Source of the DNA: an uncultured Thermococci archaeon
Lineage (GTDB): Archaea; CAYQAE01; CAYVLA01
Reading direction: 5' to 3'
Length of the DNA: 64,000 nt
Assembly: GCA_964549615.1 (NCBI GenBank)
Contig: CAZJVP010000090.1
Location: forward strand, 1-64,000
Positions within the stretch are counted from its first letter, which is position 1; every line of letters begins with the position of its first letter. Positions 30,733 through 40,061 of this stretch are shown piece after piece. The notes beneath the pieces are model-generated. The model was not told the origin of the DNA, ran no database searches, and saw only the letters and a list, made by a program, of their open reading frames with translations. Both the position numbers and the translations under genes were made by a program.

Positions 30733-31929
30733 GTGGGTGAAAAGCTCAACTATGTGATAGTGGCCGTCGTCGTGGCCGTGATCGCCGTGGTAGCTACCTA
30801 CTACCTCGCGCCTGGGAAAGCTGCCAAGAACGTCACCGAGATGAAGAAGGTCAAGGCTGGCTTCATCTACGTTGGACCGATCGGAGACCTGGGATGGACG
30901 AACGCGCACGACAGGGCAAGGAGAATCGTCGACGAGAAATTCGACTGGCTCGAAACGGTGTACATCGAATCGGTGCCAATCGACCAGACGGGGGCGATGA
31001 TCGACAGGCTGATCAACGACGAGAAGTGCGACATCATCTTCACCACGAGCTTCGACTTCATGGAGCCAACCGTCGAAGCTGCAAAGAACCACCCTTCAAC
31101 GGTGTTCATGCACTGTTCCGGCTACAAGACTGCGGAGAACCTTGGAGTCTACTTCGCCGACTTCTACCAGCTCTACTACCTCAATGGTCTGATGGCAGGG
31201 GCACTCACCAAGACAGGCAAACTGGGCTACGTCGGTGCACACCCGATTCCCGAGGTGCTGCGCCACATCAACGCGTTCGCCATTGGAGCCAAGGAGGTCA
31301 ACCCCAACGCCAAGGTCTACGTGCGCTGGATCAACAACTGGTACGATCCGACGAAGGCCAAGGAGGCGGCGAACGCCCTAGTGGGTGAGGGCTGCGACGT
31401 CCTTGCCTTCACGGAGGACTCGGCAACCGTGGTTCAGGAGGCTGAGAGGTTCACCAACGAGGGCAAGCAGGTGTACTCCTTCAGCCACTACAGCCCGATG
31501 GGGAACTTCGGAAACAACTCGTGCGTCAGCGGCCAGCTGGTCCACTGGGAGGACCTCTACGAGATCATATTGCAGCGGTTCTACACGGGTACGTGGGACA
31601 ACCGTGCCTACGACTACCTGCTCTCAGAGGGAGGCGTCGAACTCGGTGCTAGGTTCGGGGAACCCATCAATCCCAAGTTCATCCCCGACCTCAAGGCAAA
31701 GAAAGTGAACGACCGACTGCTTGGCGAGATAAGCGTCTATGACCTTGTCATGAAGAGAATCGAGCAGATGAAACAGACCTCGGTCGCCTTCGATCCTTTC
31801 ACAGGGCCCATCTACGACCAGAACGGGAACCTCAAGTTCAGGGATGGCGAGAGGGCTAGCTATGCCGCCCTCTACGGAGCCGACATGAACTGGTTCGTCG
31901 ACAACGTCGTGGGCAGCCCAAGCGGCTAG
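30733..31929 (+). CDS. BMP family ABC substrate-binding protein (purine nucleoside)
   Basis: N-terminal TM anchor; KAGFIYVGPIGDLGWT, INAFAIG and WYDP. Confidence 0.9.
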   Translation: MGEKLNYVIVAVVVAVIAVVATYYLAPGKAAKNVTEMKKVKAGFIYVGPIGDLGWTNAHDRARRIVDEKFDWLETVYIESVPIDQTGAMIDRLINDEKCDIIFTTSFDFMEPTVEAAKNHPSTVFMHCSGYKTAENLGVYFADFYQLYYLNGLMAGALTKTGKLGYVGAHPIPEVLRHINAFAIGAKEVNPNAKVYVRWINNWYDPTKAKEAANALVGEGCDVLAFTEDSATVVQEAERFTNEGKQVYSFSHYSPMGNFGNNSCVSGQLVHWEDLYEIILQRFYTGTWDNRAYDYLLSEGGVELGARFGEPINPKFIPDLKAKKVNDRLLGEISVYDLVMKRIEQMKQTSVAFDPFTGPIYDQNGNLKFRDGERASYAALYGADMNWFVDNVVGSPSG

Positions 31930-31954
31930 AGCTTTCCCAGAAAGAACATAGGCT

Positions 31955-31982
31955 GGGCGGCCAAGACCGCCCCTCTTTTTTT
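31955..31982 (+). terminator. Hairpin + T-tract terminator after the ABC operon
   Basis: GGGCGG-ccaaga-CCGCCC stem followed by ctcTTTTTTT. Confidence 0.6.
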
Positions 31983-32208
31983 CGTTTCCCCTATGCCCAT
32001 CCGCATGGAGCTGCGGCGTCAAGGAATCGGCCGGCTTTTTCCCTCATCGGCGATCGATCGCGATCAGCCACGCGTCCCGCGGCTTGAACCGCAGGCCAAA
32101 CCGGCAAGGATCCCGACCAGGGCTGGGCCGCCGAAGGCAGGCCCGCGAGCGATGCGCAGCACGTGACCCTGAGGCGCGTGGGATACAATTTTCAGGCCTG
32201 CCCAAAAC

Positions 32209-32523
32209 GTGGAAGCGTTGCCCGAGCAGGACGCAGCGAACCGGATCGAGGCGGCCATCCGAAGGGAGAGGCGGCCCTTGAGGCTGTCTGAACTCAGGAA
32301 GTTGCTGGGACTGGACCGTTCCGAGTCCGGTCGCCTACTCCGAATACTAAGGGAGGACGGCAGGTTCTATAGGGTCGGGTCCTCCTGGCACGCAAGGGGA
32401 GCCCCTCTCAAGATCACGGTCAGGTTCTGCCCGAACTGCGGCTGGAAGGCGGTCAAGTATGGAGGGGGCTTCTATCGCTGCCCGAACTGCCAGATCAGGT
32501 TCCACTTCACATGGCTGGCTTGA
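32209..32523 (+). CDS. Small winged-helix + zinc-ribbon protein
   Basis: HTH-like segment (LSELRKLLGLDRSESGRLLRILREDGR) followed by CPNC-x12-CPNC. Confidence 0.6.
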   Translation: MEALPEQDAANRIEAAIRRERRPLRLSELRKLLGLDRSESGRLLRILREDGRFYRVGSSWHARGAPLKITVRFCPNCGWKAVKYGGGFYRCPNCQIRFHFTWLA

Positions 32524-32531
32524 TGGCCGGC

Positions 32532-33128
32532 TCAGCTCCCGGCCCCGTAAACGATGAAGAGGAAAGTCTCCACGCCGGCGGCCACGATGAGGAGCAGCAA
32601 CACGATCAAGAATGAGCCCAGGACCTTTCTCAGGTCAGACACAAGGATTCTGGTCGGCGCCTCGCCCTCGCCCTTCATCCAGTACCGTACGACGAGGAAG
32701 GCATCGCTTCCCAGAAGGAACCCGAACGATCCCGCCAAGAAGGTCGCTGGGAGTTCGAATGCGCCGTGGGGAAGGATGGCAGTCAGAAAGTTGAGAACCG
32801 GCTTCTCCGATCTGGCAAGGACGATGCCCAATGGCAGCCCGTTCACCAGTAATATGAAGGCGGGGGGTATCCCGAAAACGATGCCCCCGAAGGCCATCAG
32901 CACGCATATCGAGAGATTGTGAACCAGTATCTTTGAGAAGATCCTGCCCGGCCCCCGTGTGTTTTCGAAGTCCGCCTGCATCCTCTCCGCCACGATATGG
33001 TGAAGCCTGTCAGCGAGGGCGGGCTTCAAAGTGTCGATCATGACCCCCGCGACAAACCCGACCAGGTATAGGCCGATCGCTGCGAGGATCATTTTCTTCC
33101 TCAGGGCGGTCTTTCTTCCCACAGACAT
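32532..33128 (-). CDS. SpoIIM/DUF95 family membrane protein
   Basis: ILVHNL, NG, LPHGAFELPA and AAGVET. Confidence 0.85.
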   Translation of the reverse strand: MSVGRKTALRKKMILAAIGLYLVGFVAGVMIDTLKPALADRLHHIVAERMQADFENTRGPGRIFSKILVHNLSICVLMAFGGIVFGIPPAFILLVNGLPLGIVLARSEKPVLNFLTAILPHGAFELPATFLAGSFGFLLGSDAFLVVRYWMKGEGEAPTRILVSDLRKVLGSFLIVLLLLIVAAGVETFLFIVYGAGS

Positions 33129-33240
33129 TCCAATGGTCGCCAGATTTTGAAATAGATATTCCCAACGATGCAATCTATTTCAGAATTCCCACAATCTATT
33201 CTTTGGGAATGTCGCGAGGAAATCGCAACCGTCTGAGCAA

Positions 33241-33256
33241 AAAAGCTATTTATACC
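33241..33256 (+). promoter_or_regulatory. Archaeal BRE/TATA promoter element
   Basis: AAAAAGcTATTTATA in an AT-rich island. The nearest confident ORF downstream is ~590 bp away. Confidence 0.5.
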
Positions 33257-33842
33257 CGCCACGGATAACTATAATGCTACACGTCATTGGGTCCCACGGA
33301 GAGTAACTGGTGAATCCCGAGCGATGATCCGTCGGACAACCCCGCGTAGCAACAGGGAACGCTGACACGACCCTCCGCGAGGACACCTGGGCAGAGGGAG
33401 GATCGACCGCACGAGGAAGCCCGGGGGTTAGTGCCGAGGGGTACAGGCGCTCCCACGCCGGGGAGGCGGCGTAGCAAGAGGTGTATAGGGAGGTTCGCAA
33501 GAGTCAAGGTAATCTCGACTCGGATCACTTATCGAATCGGGTAAGGGAGGATGAAATCGAACTCAAGATAACCTTGGGGCGCAAGAGGGACATCGAAGGG
33601 ATCGGTGCCGCTGATCTTTGGCCGTACTCCGCATATCTTCACGGATGGAATGGTTGGGTAGTCACAGGACACGTGGCCTGCGCTTAGGACGCTCATCGAT
33701 ATCGATGCTACGGGGACTCGTGAGCGCGCACATCCGGGCGGGGATCATGCGGCAATTCCTGAGATCTCCCGAGCAGCGCTGAGAAAGCCTCCTTCTGTCG
33801 TTTCGTCTCCGAGCCGGGATTACGATATGGGAAGTGGTGATA

Positions 33843-35012
33843 ATGGCGATGGAAAAACGCAAGGAAGGCGAAGGGCAACCTGAAACGACCACCACGAAGT
33901 ATGAGATTTACGCTCAGATCGAAACCGACGGGGTCGTTGAGAAGCCCGATGTCATAGGCGCCATCTTCGGCCAAACGGAAGGCCTTCTCGGGGACGACCT
34001 GGACCTCAGGGAGCTCCTCAAGACTGGGCGCATCGGGAGGATAGAGGCGGAAATAACCTCAAGGGGCGGGAAGTCGACGGGCATCATACGACTGCCCAGC
34101 AGCTTGGACAAGATAGAAACTGCAATACTGGCGGCGTCCCTCGAAACCGTGGACAGGGTTGGCCCGTGCGAGGCCCGGATAAACGTCCTTCGCATCGAGG
34201 ACGTGAGGGCCGCCAAGAGGAGGGTGCTCGTGGAACGTGCCAAGGCGATACTGAGCAACCTCTTCGAGGACGTTGCGATAGACACCAGCGAGATCAGCAG
34301 CGAGATAAAGCAATCCTTCAAGGTCGGGGAGATCACCAAGTATGGACCTGAGAACCTTCCCGCTGGGCCGAGCGTGGAGGAGTCGGACTCGCTCATAATT
34401 GTGGAGGGAAGGGCAGACGTCCTAAACCTTCTGAAGAGCGGGATCAAGAACTGCATCGCGGTCGAGGGCACCAACATACCGAAGACGGTCGCGGAGCTTT
34501 CCAAGAAGAAGACCACGATAGCCTTCGTAGACGGGGACAGGGGAGGCGAGCTGATCCTGAGGGAGCTATTGCAGGTCGGCCACGTTGACTACATCGCACA
34601 GGCCCCGCCGGGCAAGAGCGTCGAGGACATGACGCGCAAGGAGATAATCACCGCCCTGAAGAACAGGATCACCGTCGACCAGTATATGTCCCAGCGGGAG
34701 AAGAAGAGGATTGATCAGAGCCCGGAGATGCAGAAGTTCAGGGAACTGCTCCGGTCGATTCAAGGGACCAGGAAGTCCAAGCTTCTGGACGGCGAGCTGA
34801 ACCCGATCGGAGAGGTGGACGTCTCGAACCTGATTGACAGCTTCAAGGGTTCGCAGGGAGTGGTCGCGGTGGTGTTGGATGGGATCATCACGCAGAGGCT
34901 CATAGATGTGGCTGCGGATGCCAACGTTCGCTACCTGGTCGGGGTCAAGATCGGCAACGTGACGAAGAAGCCGCCCAACCTGAGGATCCTGTCCCAGCGG
35001 GACCTTTCCTAG
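33843..35012 (+). CDS. dnaG: Archaeal DnaG-type primase (exosome-associated)
   Basis: GVVEKPDVIGAIFGQTEGLLG; TOPRIM motifs IIVEGRADV and FVDGDRGG; DGIITQRL. Confidence 0.95.
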   Translation: MAMEKRKEGEGQPETTTTKYEIYAQIETDGVVEKPDVIGAIFGQTEGLLGDDLDLRELLKTGRIGRIEAEITSRGGKSTGIIRLPSSLDKIETAILAASLETVDRVGPCEARINVLRIEDVRAAKRRVLVERAKAILSNLFEDVAIDTSEISSEIKQSFKVGEITKYGPENLPAGPSVEESDSLIIVEGRADVLNLLKSGIKNCIAVEGTNIPKTVAELSKKKTTIAFVDGDRGGELILRELLQVGHVDYIAQAPPGKSVEDMTRKEIITALKNRITVDQYMSQREKKRIDQSPEMQKFRELLRSIQGTRKSKLLDGELNPIGEVDVSNLIDSFKGSQGVVAVVLDGIITQRLIDVAADANVRYLVGVKIGNVTKKPPNLRILSQRDLS

Positions 35013-35154
35013 GTTCCTGAGGCGCGCCGGGAGCGGGAAAGCCGGCTGAACCGCTGAAAATATTTATAATGCGCGGTGGGCTATTTGCTGCAGGGGCCGC
35101 TGCTGCTGGAGCTACAATCCGCGATTCCGGCCGGCGGCATCCGGGTTGATTCTC

Positions 35155-35859
35155 ATGCCCATGAGGCCATTCAGGTGTTATCGCAGGCTCGAGCCTAGGC
35201 CGTATGCCAGACGGGATTTCGTCAAGGGGGTGCCTGGCTCCAAGATCGTGACCTTCGACATGGGAGGAAGGATCGAGAAGTTTCCGGTTAAGGTCACGCT
35301 GTACGCGGCTGAAGGCGTGCAGATTCGCCATAATGCGCTCGAGGCCTCCAGAGTCATGGCGAACAGGTATCTTCTCAAGGCTCTCGGGAAGTACGACTAT
35401 CATCTCAAGGTTCAAACAGTGCCTCACCACATCCTAAGGGAGAACGCCATGGCAACCGGCGCGGGGGCCGACAGGTATCAGACCGGCATGCGCGAATCCT
35501 TCGGGCGGCCCATTGGCTACGCCGCGCGGGTCAAGCGGGGACAGCCGATCATGACGGTATGGGTGTACTCCGGAAGGGAAAAGGAAGCCCGGGAAGCACT
35601 GCGCAGGGCGAAGATGAAGCTCCCAATGAAGTGCCGCATGGGGGTCGAGTACGTCCAGGTCGACACTTCGAGGCTGGCGAGGATAGCCGAGCTGGAGCGC
35701 TTGGAGAGCGAGCGGGAGGCCAGGCGGGCTGCCGAGGAGGCGGCAAAGGCAGAGGCCGCTGCGAAGATGGCCGTTGAGGCGGCAGAGGGCGGAAAGGTCG
35801 AGGAAAACAAGGAGGCCGAGGCGGGGAAACGCGCGAGAGCGTCCAAGGAAGAAGCCTAG
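35155..35859 (+). CDS. rpl10e: 50S ribosomal protein uL16 (L10e) with a charged C-terminal extension
   Basis: QIRHNALEASR, PHHILRENAMATGAGADRYQTGMR and RAKMKLP; a TATA-like TTTATAA lies at ~35063. Confidence 0.95.
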   Translation: MPMRPFRCYRRLEPRPYARRDFVKGVPGSKIVTFDMGGRIEKFPVKVTLYAAEGVQIRHNALEASRVMANRYLLKALGKYDYHLKVQTVPHHILRENAMATGAGADRYQTGMRESFGRPIGYAARVKRGQPIMTVWVYSGREKEAREALRRAKMKLPMKCRMGVEYVQVDTSRLARIAELERLESEREARRAAEEAAKAEAAAKMAVEAAEGGKVEENKEAEAGKRARASKEEA

Positions 35860-36785
35860 GGAGCCGGGCTTGAGTTCTGCTTCTTGAAAACGATCTGCCT
35901 AGCCCTTTTCATGACCTCCTCAAACACCGCCGCCACGGTCTGCTCCACGGTAATGCTTTCGATGATGATGGTTCCCTCCTCCTTTGCCCTAGAGATGAGG
36001 TACTCCTGTATCGTCCTTATCTTGGGGAACTCGTCAAGATAGCTCTGCACCGGCCTCTTGGTCACGAGCGATTCCGAGCGCATGAACATCCTACTGCGGT
36101 GCTGCTCCTCGTCGCTAGCAGTTAGCACAACCAACACCACGTTGGGTCTATCCATTATCTCGCGCCTGAGGAAGCCTGGGACGAGGTGGACGCCTTCCAG
36201 GATCAGGCTCAAACCCTCCCTCAGCGCCCTCTCTATGACCGCCTCCACCCCCACCAGCACGTACTTGGCGTGCTCCTCAAACCCTGTTATGGTTCGGTCC
36301 TCCCCAGGCGCAATGGGCGTCCTTATTGCCTTCCAGGCCGTGTAGGAAGAAAGGTGCAGGGTGGGCATTAGCTCCGGCGAGATGATCTTTCTCATGACCT
36401 CCCTGACGGCATCGGTGCCTATGACGTGCATGATGCCGAGCCGCGCGGCCAACTGGGCGGCCGTCGTCGATTTCCCGACGCCGGTCGCGCCGCTGATGAG
36501 GATCACCATGGGCTCGCGCCCGTGCTGCACCTGCCTCCAGGTGATGTATCTCTCCGCCCCCTCCTCCCCTACCAAGGCCAGGATGTTCTGTCGCGCTAGC
36601 TCCCTGATCTCGGTCCTTCTCACCCGGGTCCGCCCCTCGCTGATCAGGTGCGCCTCTATGTTTCTGGCGATTCTGTTAGCCGCTTCCGGATCTATGCCGG
36701 CGGCGGTGAGCGATTGGGCGAGGATTCCCTTAGAGAAAGGAGCTACATGTCCTGCCGATTCGACGAGTATGATAGGGGTTCCCAA
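35856..36785 (-). CDS. pgk2: 2-phosphoglycerate kinase (ATP-cone + P-loop kinase)
   Basis: PFSKGILAQSL, ISGATGVGKST, TDAVREVMR and EGVHLVP. Confidence 0.85.
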   Translation of the reverse strand: MGTPIILVESAGHVAPFSKGILAQSLTAAGIDPEAANRIARNIEAHLISEGRTRVRRTEIRELARQNILALVGEEGAERYITWRQVQHGREPMVILISGATGVGKSTTAAQLAARLGIMHVIGTDAVREVMRKIISPELMPTLHLSSYTAWKAIRTPIAPGEDRTITGFEEHAKYVLVGVEAVIERALREGLSLILEGVHLVPGFLRREIMDRPNVVLVVLTASDEEQHRSRMFMRSESLVTKRPVQSYLDEFPKIRTIQEYLISRAKEEGTIIIESITVEQTVAAVFEEVMKRARQIVFKKQNSSPAP

Positions 36786-36860
36786 GTTACATCCTCTTGG
36801 CCGGTAGGCGCAGGACCGTACGTATCTGCTTGCGGGAATATAAAGGGTTGGGTCCCTGAC

Positions 36861-38069
36861 CTAGACCCTCATTGCGTCGATGGCGGGCATCGGCTCCCCG
36901 CCAAGGTAACTGATCAGGGCCCCGCCAGCGAGGCTCACGTAGGAGAACTGTTCGTACGTGAAGCCAAGCTTTTGTATCGAATCCACCGTGCTGCCGCCGC
37001 CCAGCAGGGAGAATGCCTTCGACTTTGTCATCGCCGCGTATATCTCCTTCGTGCCCAGGTTGAACTGGGGGTCCTCGTACACCCCCGCCGGCCCGTTCAT
37101 CACGATCGTCTTCGCCTTCATTATCAAGTCGGTGTAGAGCTTTATCGTCTTTGACCCAATGTCGAATATCTCCAGATCGGTCGGAAGGCTCGATACATCG
37201 ATGTCCACCCTCTTGCCTTCCCTTGAGGCCGCCACGTCGACAGGCGTCACGATCTTCTTGCCGTGTCCTGCAATCAGATCCTTGGCCTTTGGGACGAAGC
37301 CCAGGAAGCCCTTTGCGGCGAAGAACTTCTGATCCTTTGGGCCGGTGTCGACTCCTTTGGCAAGGAGGAATATCCTGCCTATCACGCCGCACGTCAAGAC
37401 GGTGTCTATGCTGCCCCTCTCAAGCCCGTGCGCCATCACCTTGAATGCCTCGTCAGGCTTCAGGCCTCCCAGGATGTAAAGGCAAGGCTTCTCGGGGTTC
37501 TCCATTGCCTTTGACAGGGACGAGATCTCTCTCTCCATCGTCCTTCCCAGAGCCTTAGGAAGCTTGACGGCAAAGCCCACGAGCGATGCTTGCGACCTGT
37601 GAGCGGCGGAGAAGGCGTCGTTGACGAAGAGGTCGATCAACGGGGAGAGCTTCCTCACCAGGAAGCTCTCGGCGTGCTGCTCGGGAGTCCGATTGAGCGT
37701 CTCCTCCGCAAGGAACCTGACGTTCTCCAGCAGGAGGATCTCGCCGCTCTTGAGTTCGTTGATCGCCTTCCTTGCGGCGGGCCCGAACACATCGTCTATG
37801 AACTTCACCTTCCTGCCGGTACATTCCGAGAGCAGCTTGGCATGGTGCTGCAGGGAAGTGAAGTCCTCATCGCCCGCCCTGCCCTGGTGGGCCATCACCA
37901 CGGTCTTCGCGCCCTTCTTGGAGAGTTCCTTCAGCGTCTCTGCTGCCGCCTGTATCCGCTCGCTCATCTGAGGAACGCCCTCATCATCAAGGGTCGTGTT
38001 GATGTCGATTCTCACAAGCACCGTCTTCTTGGAGACATCGTAGTCATCGAGGGTCTTGAATCCTTTCAA
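36861..38069 (-). CDS. pgk: Phosphoglycerate kinase (archaeal type)
   Basis: VRIDIN, AHQGR, LLENVRF, NDAFSAAHRSQAS, NGPAGVYE and SLAGGA. Confidence 0.95.
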   Translation of the reverse strand: MKGFKTLDDYDVSKKTVLVRIDINTTLDDEGVPQMSERIQAAAETLKELSKKGAKTVVMAHQGRAGDEDFTSLQHHAKLLSECTGRKVKFIDDVFGPAARKAINELKSGEILLLENVRFLAEETLNRTPEQHAESFLVRKLSPLIDLFVNDAFSAAHRSQASLVGFAVKLPKALGRTMEREISSLSKAMENPEKPCLYILGGLKPDEAFKVMAHGLERGSIDTVLTCGVIGRIFLLAKGVDTGPKDQKFFAAKGFLGFVPKAKDLIAGHGKKIVTPVDVAASREGKRVDIDVSSLPTDLEIFDIGSKTIKLYTDLIMKAKTIVMNGPAGVYEDPQFNLGTKEIYAAMTKSKAFSLLGGGSTVDSIQKLGFTYEQFSYVSLAGGALISYLGGEPMPAIDAMRV

Positions 38070-38170
38070 GCCAATCCACCTTGCCGCTGGACGCCCAAAA
38101 TTAGCTGTTGGAGAGGACGAGTTGGGCGCTCGAATTACATATAAATAGTTTGCAGGTCGGGCCGGTCGAG

Positions 38171-38668
38171 ATGATGGTGGGCCTGATCAGCGACACCCAC
38201 GACAACCTCCCGATGGTCGACAAGGCGCTGCGCCTCTTCAAGAGCGAAGGGGTGGAATGCGTGCTTCATGCCGGGGATTGGGTTGCTCCTTTCACGGCGA
38301 AGAAGTTCGGCCAGTACGCGGGAAAGCTCTTCGGAAGCTACGGCAACAACGATGGAGAGGTTCTCGGGCTCTCGAAGGTCTTCAGGGAAATGGATGCCGT
38401 GGTCAGAGGGGAGCTCACGGAGCTTGAGCTTGACGGCGATCGGGTGGCCGTCATACATGGAACCTACCCGGCCCTCGTGGATGCCGTGGTTGGCTCCGGG
38501 AGATTCTCCACGGTGGTATCCGGGCACTCCCACATGCCTGTCATCGAGAGAAAGGGCGACGTGCTGTGGGTCAACCCAGGGGAGGCATGTGGCTACCTCT
38601 ACGGCCGCCCAACGGTCGCGTTGCTGGATACGGCTGATCGCAAAGCGAAGATTTGCGACCTGCAATGA
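38171..38668 (+). CDS. Metallophosphoesterase, MJ0936/YfcE family
   Basis: SDTHDN, HAGD, GNND, HG, GHSH and NPGE. Confidence 0.9.
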   Translation: MMVGLISDTHDNLPMVDKALRLFKSEGVECVLHAGDWVAPFTAKKFGQYAGKLFGSYGNNDGEVLGLSKVFREMDAVVRGELTELELDGDRVAVIHGTYPALVDAVVGSGRFSTVVSGHSHMPVIERKGDVLWVNPGEACGYLYGRPTVALLDTADRKAKICDLQ

Positions 38669-38696
38669 GGCTCCGGTCTGTTCGTGGCGGGGCACC

Positions 38697-40061
38697 ATGG
38701 AGAAAAAGGAGATAGTGAACAAGTTCCTGGATAAGGGGATACTCCTCCAGCCAGAGGCCCTTGAGAAGGCCTTGAGGCTGCCGCCCGAAGTATTGGACGG
38801 CGTAATCTCGGATCTCGTAGCACGCGGGATCGAGGTTGCGCGGGAGGCGGACTTGGAGCCAACCATGCTGCCCAGGCCCGAAGCCTCGGCGGCCGAGATC
38901 GAGATCCTCCAGGAGGTCAGTGGAACCTACTCTGATTCACGGATAGACTACCTGAAGCACTTCCAGAATAGATTCGATCGACTGGCGTCCTTGGTGAGGA
39001 AAAGATCCGGCTTCGAGGCGAGCCGAAGCATCGCCGAGATCAGATCGGGCGGTCCCGGGAGCGTGACCACCGTAGGGATGATATGCGACCGAGCTTTCAC
39101 GTCGGCTGGACACATGGCCCTCATGGTGGAGGACGGCACGGGCCGCATGAGGGTGCTTGTACCGAGTAACCAGCCTGCGATGCAGACGGCCAGGACCCTG
39201 GTGCTGGATGAGGTGATCGGGATCAAGGGAAGCTATGAGCCGGGAAAGAAGATCCTTGTTGCGAGGGAGATAACATCGCCAGATATCGAAGAACAGAACG
39301 GGCCCCTAGCCGCGCAAAGGGTCTACGCCGTCTTCTTGTCCGACATCCACTTTGGCAGCGAGGACTTCATGTCCGAGGCATTTTCCGCATTCGTGAACTG
39401 GCTGGCCGGGGGCTCCGCCGACGCCGATCTCAGGCAGATTGCCGCGTTGACCCGCTACGTGGTCATCTGCGGCGACCTCATCCAAGGGGGTTCGGATATT
39501 CTGGACAAGTACGCGCGTTTGGCCTCCGTCCTCCGTGCAATACCGCAAAACGTCCTGATACTGGCAATACCCGGGGAGCAGGATGCCGCGGGCATGCTCG
39601 AGCCGCAACAAGGATTCCTCGAGGAAGCACTGAAGGCCTTCTCGGGGCTCAAGAACTTCCGCCACGCGAGCAACCCGTGTATGGCCCGTCTTGCCGGGGT
39701 GCCGGTGTTGCTCTACCACGGAAGATCGCTGGAGGACTGGGCATCGGCCCTGGGGATCCACCAGCCGTGTGAGCTGCTGAGGCAGATGATGGTGAAGAGG
39801 CACATGGCCCCGATTTATGGATCAGCGGTGCCGCTGGCACCCGTGGGTAGGGATCCCTTCCTGATCGGGGAGGTCCCCCGCATCTTTCAGGCGGGCCACA
39901 CACATAGGAAATGCTCATCGAGTTACAAGGGAGTTCTGCTCCTCAGCTCTCCTTCCTGGAAGGCGTCCGACAGGGAGGCGGGAGCCGGCACGGTGTACCT
40001 GGTGGATCTCTCCAACCTGGAAAGCAGGGAGATCAGTTTCGTCGGAGAACGGCGCTCGTGA
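38697..40061 (+). CDS. polB: DNA polymerase D small subunit DP1-like (OB fold + calcineurin-like phosphoesterase), atypical active site
   Basis: OB fold (VEDGTGRMRV, DEVIGIKG); SDIHFGS, CGDL, SNP, YHGRS, RHMAPIYG and GHTH. The expected PGNHD reads PGEQD. Confidence 0.8.
   Translation: MEKKEIVNKFLDKGILLQPEALEKALRLPPEVLDGVISDLVARGIEVAREADLEPTMLPRPEASAAEIEILQEVSGTYSDSRIDYLKHFQNRFDRLASLVRKRSGFEASRSIAEIRSGGPGSVTTVGMICDRAFTSAGHMALMVEDGTGRMRVLVPSNQPAMQTARTLVLDEVIGIKGSYEPGKKILVAREITSPDIEEQNGPLAAQRVYAVFLSDIHFGSEDFMSEAFSAFVNWLAGGSADADLRQIAALTRYVVICGDLIQGGSDILDKYARLASVLRAIPQNVLILAIPGEQDAAGMLEPQQGFLEEALKAFSGLKNFRHASNPCMARLAGVPVLLYHGRSLEDWASALGIHQPCELLRQMMVKRHMAPIYGSAVPLAPVGRDPFLIGEVPRIFQAGHTHRKCSSSYKGVLLLSSPSWKASDREAGAGTVYLVDLSNLESREISFVGERRS

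Noticed and set aside
33784-33800. Minus-strand ACAGAAGGAGGCTTT resembling the RNase P RNA 3' conserved region
   Set aside because: The body of such an RNA would lie antisense inside dnaG, and I found no matching GAGGAAnnTCC 5' motif.
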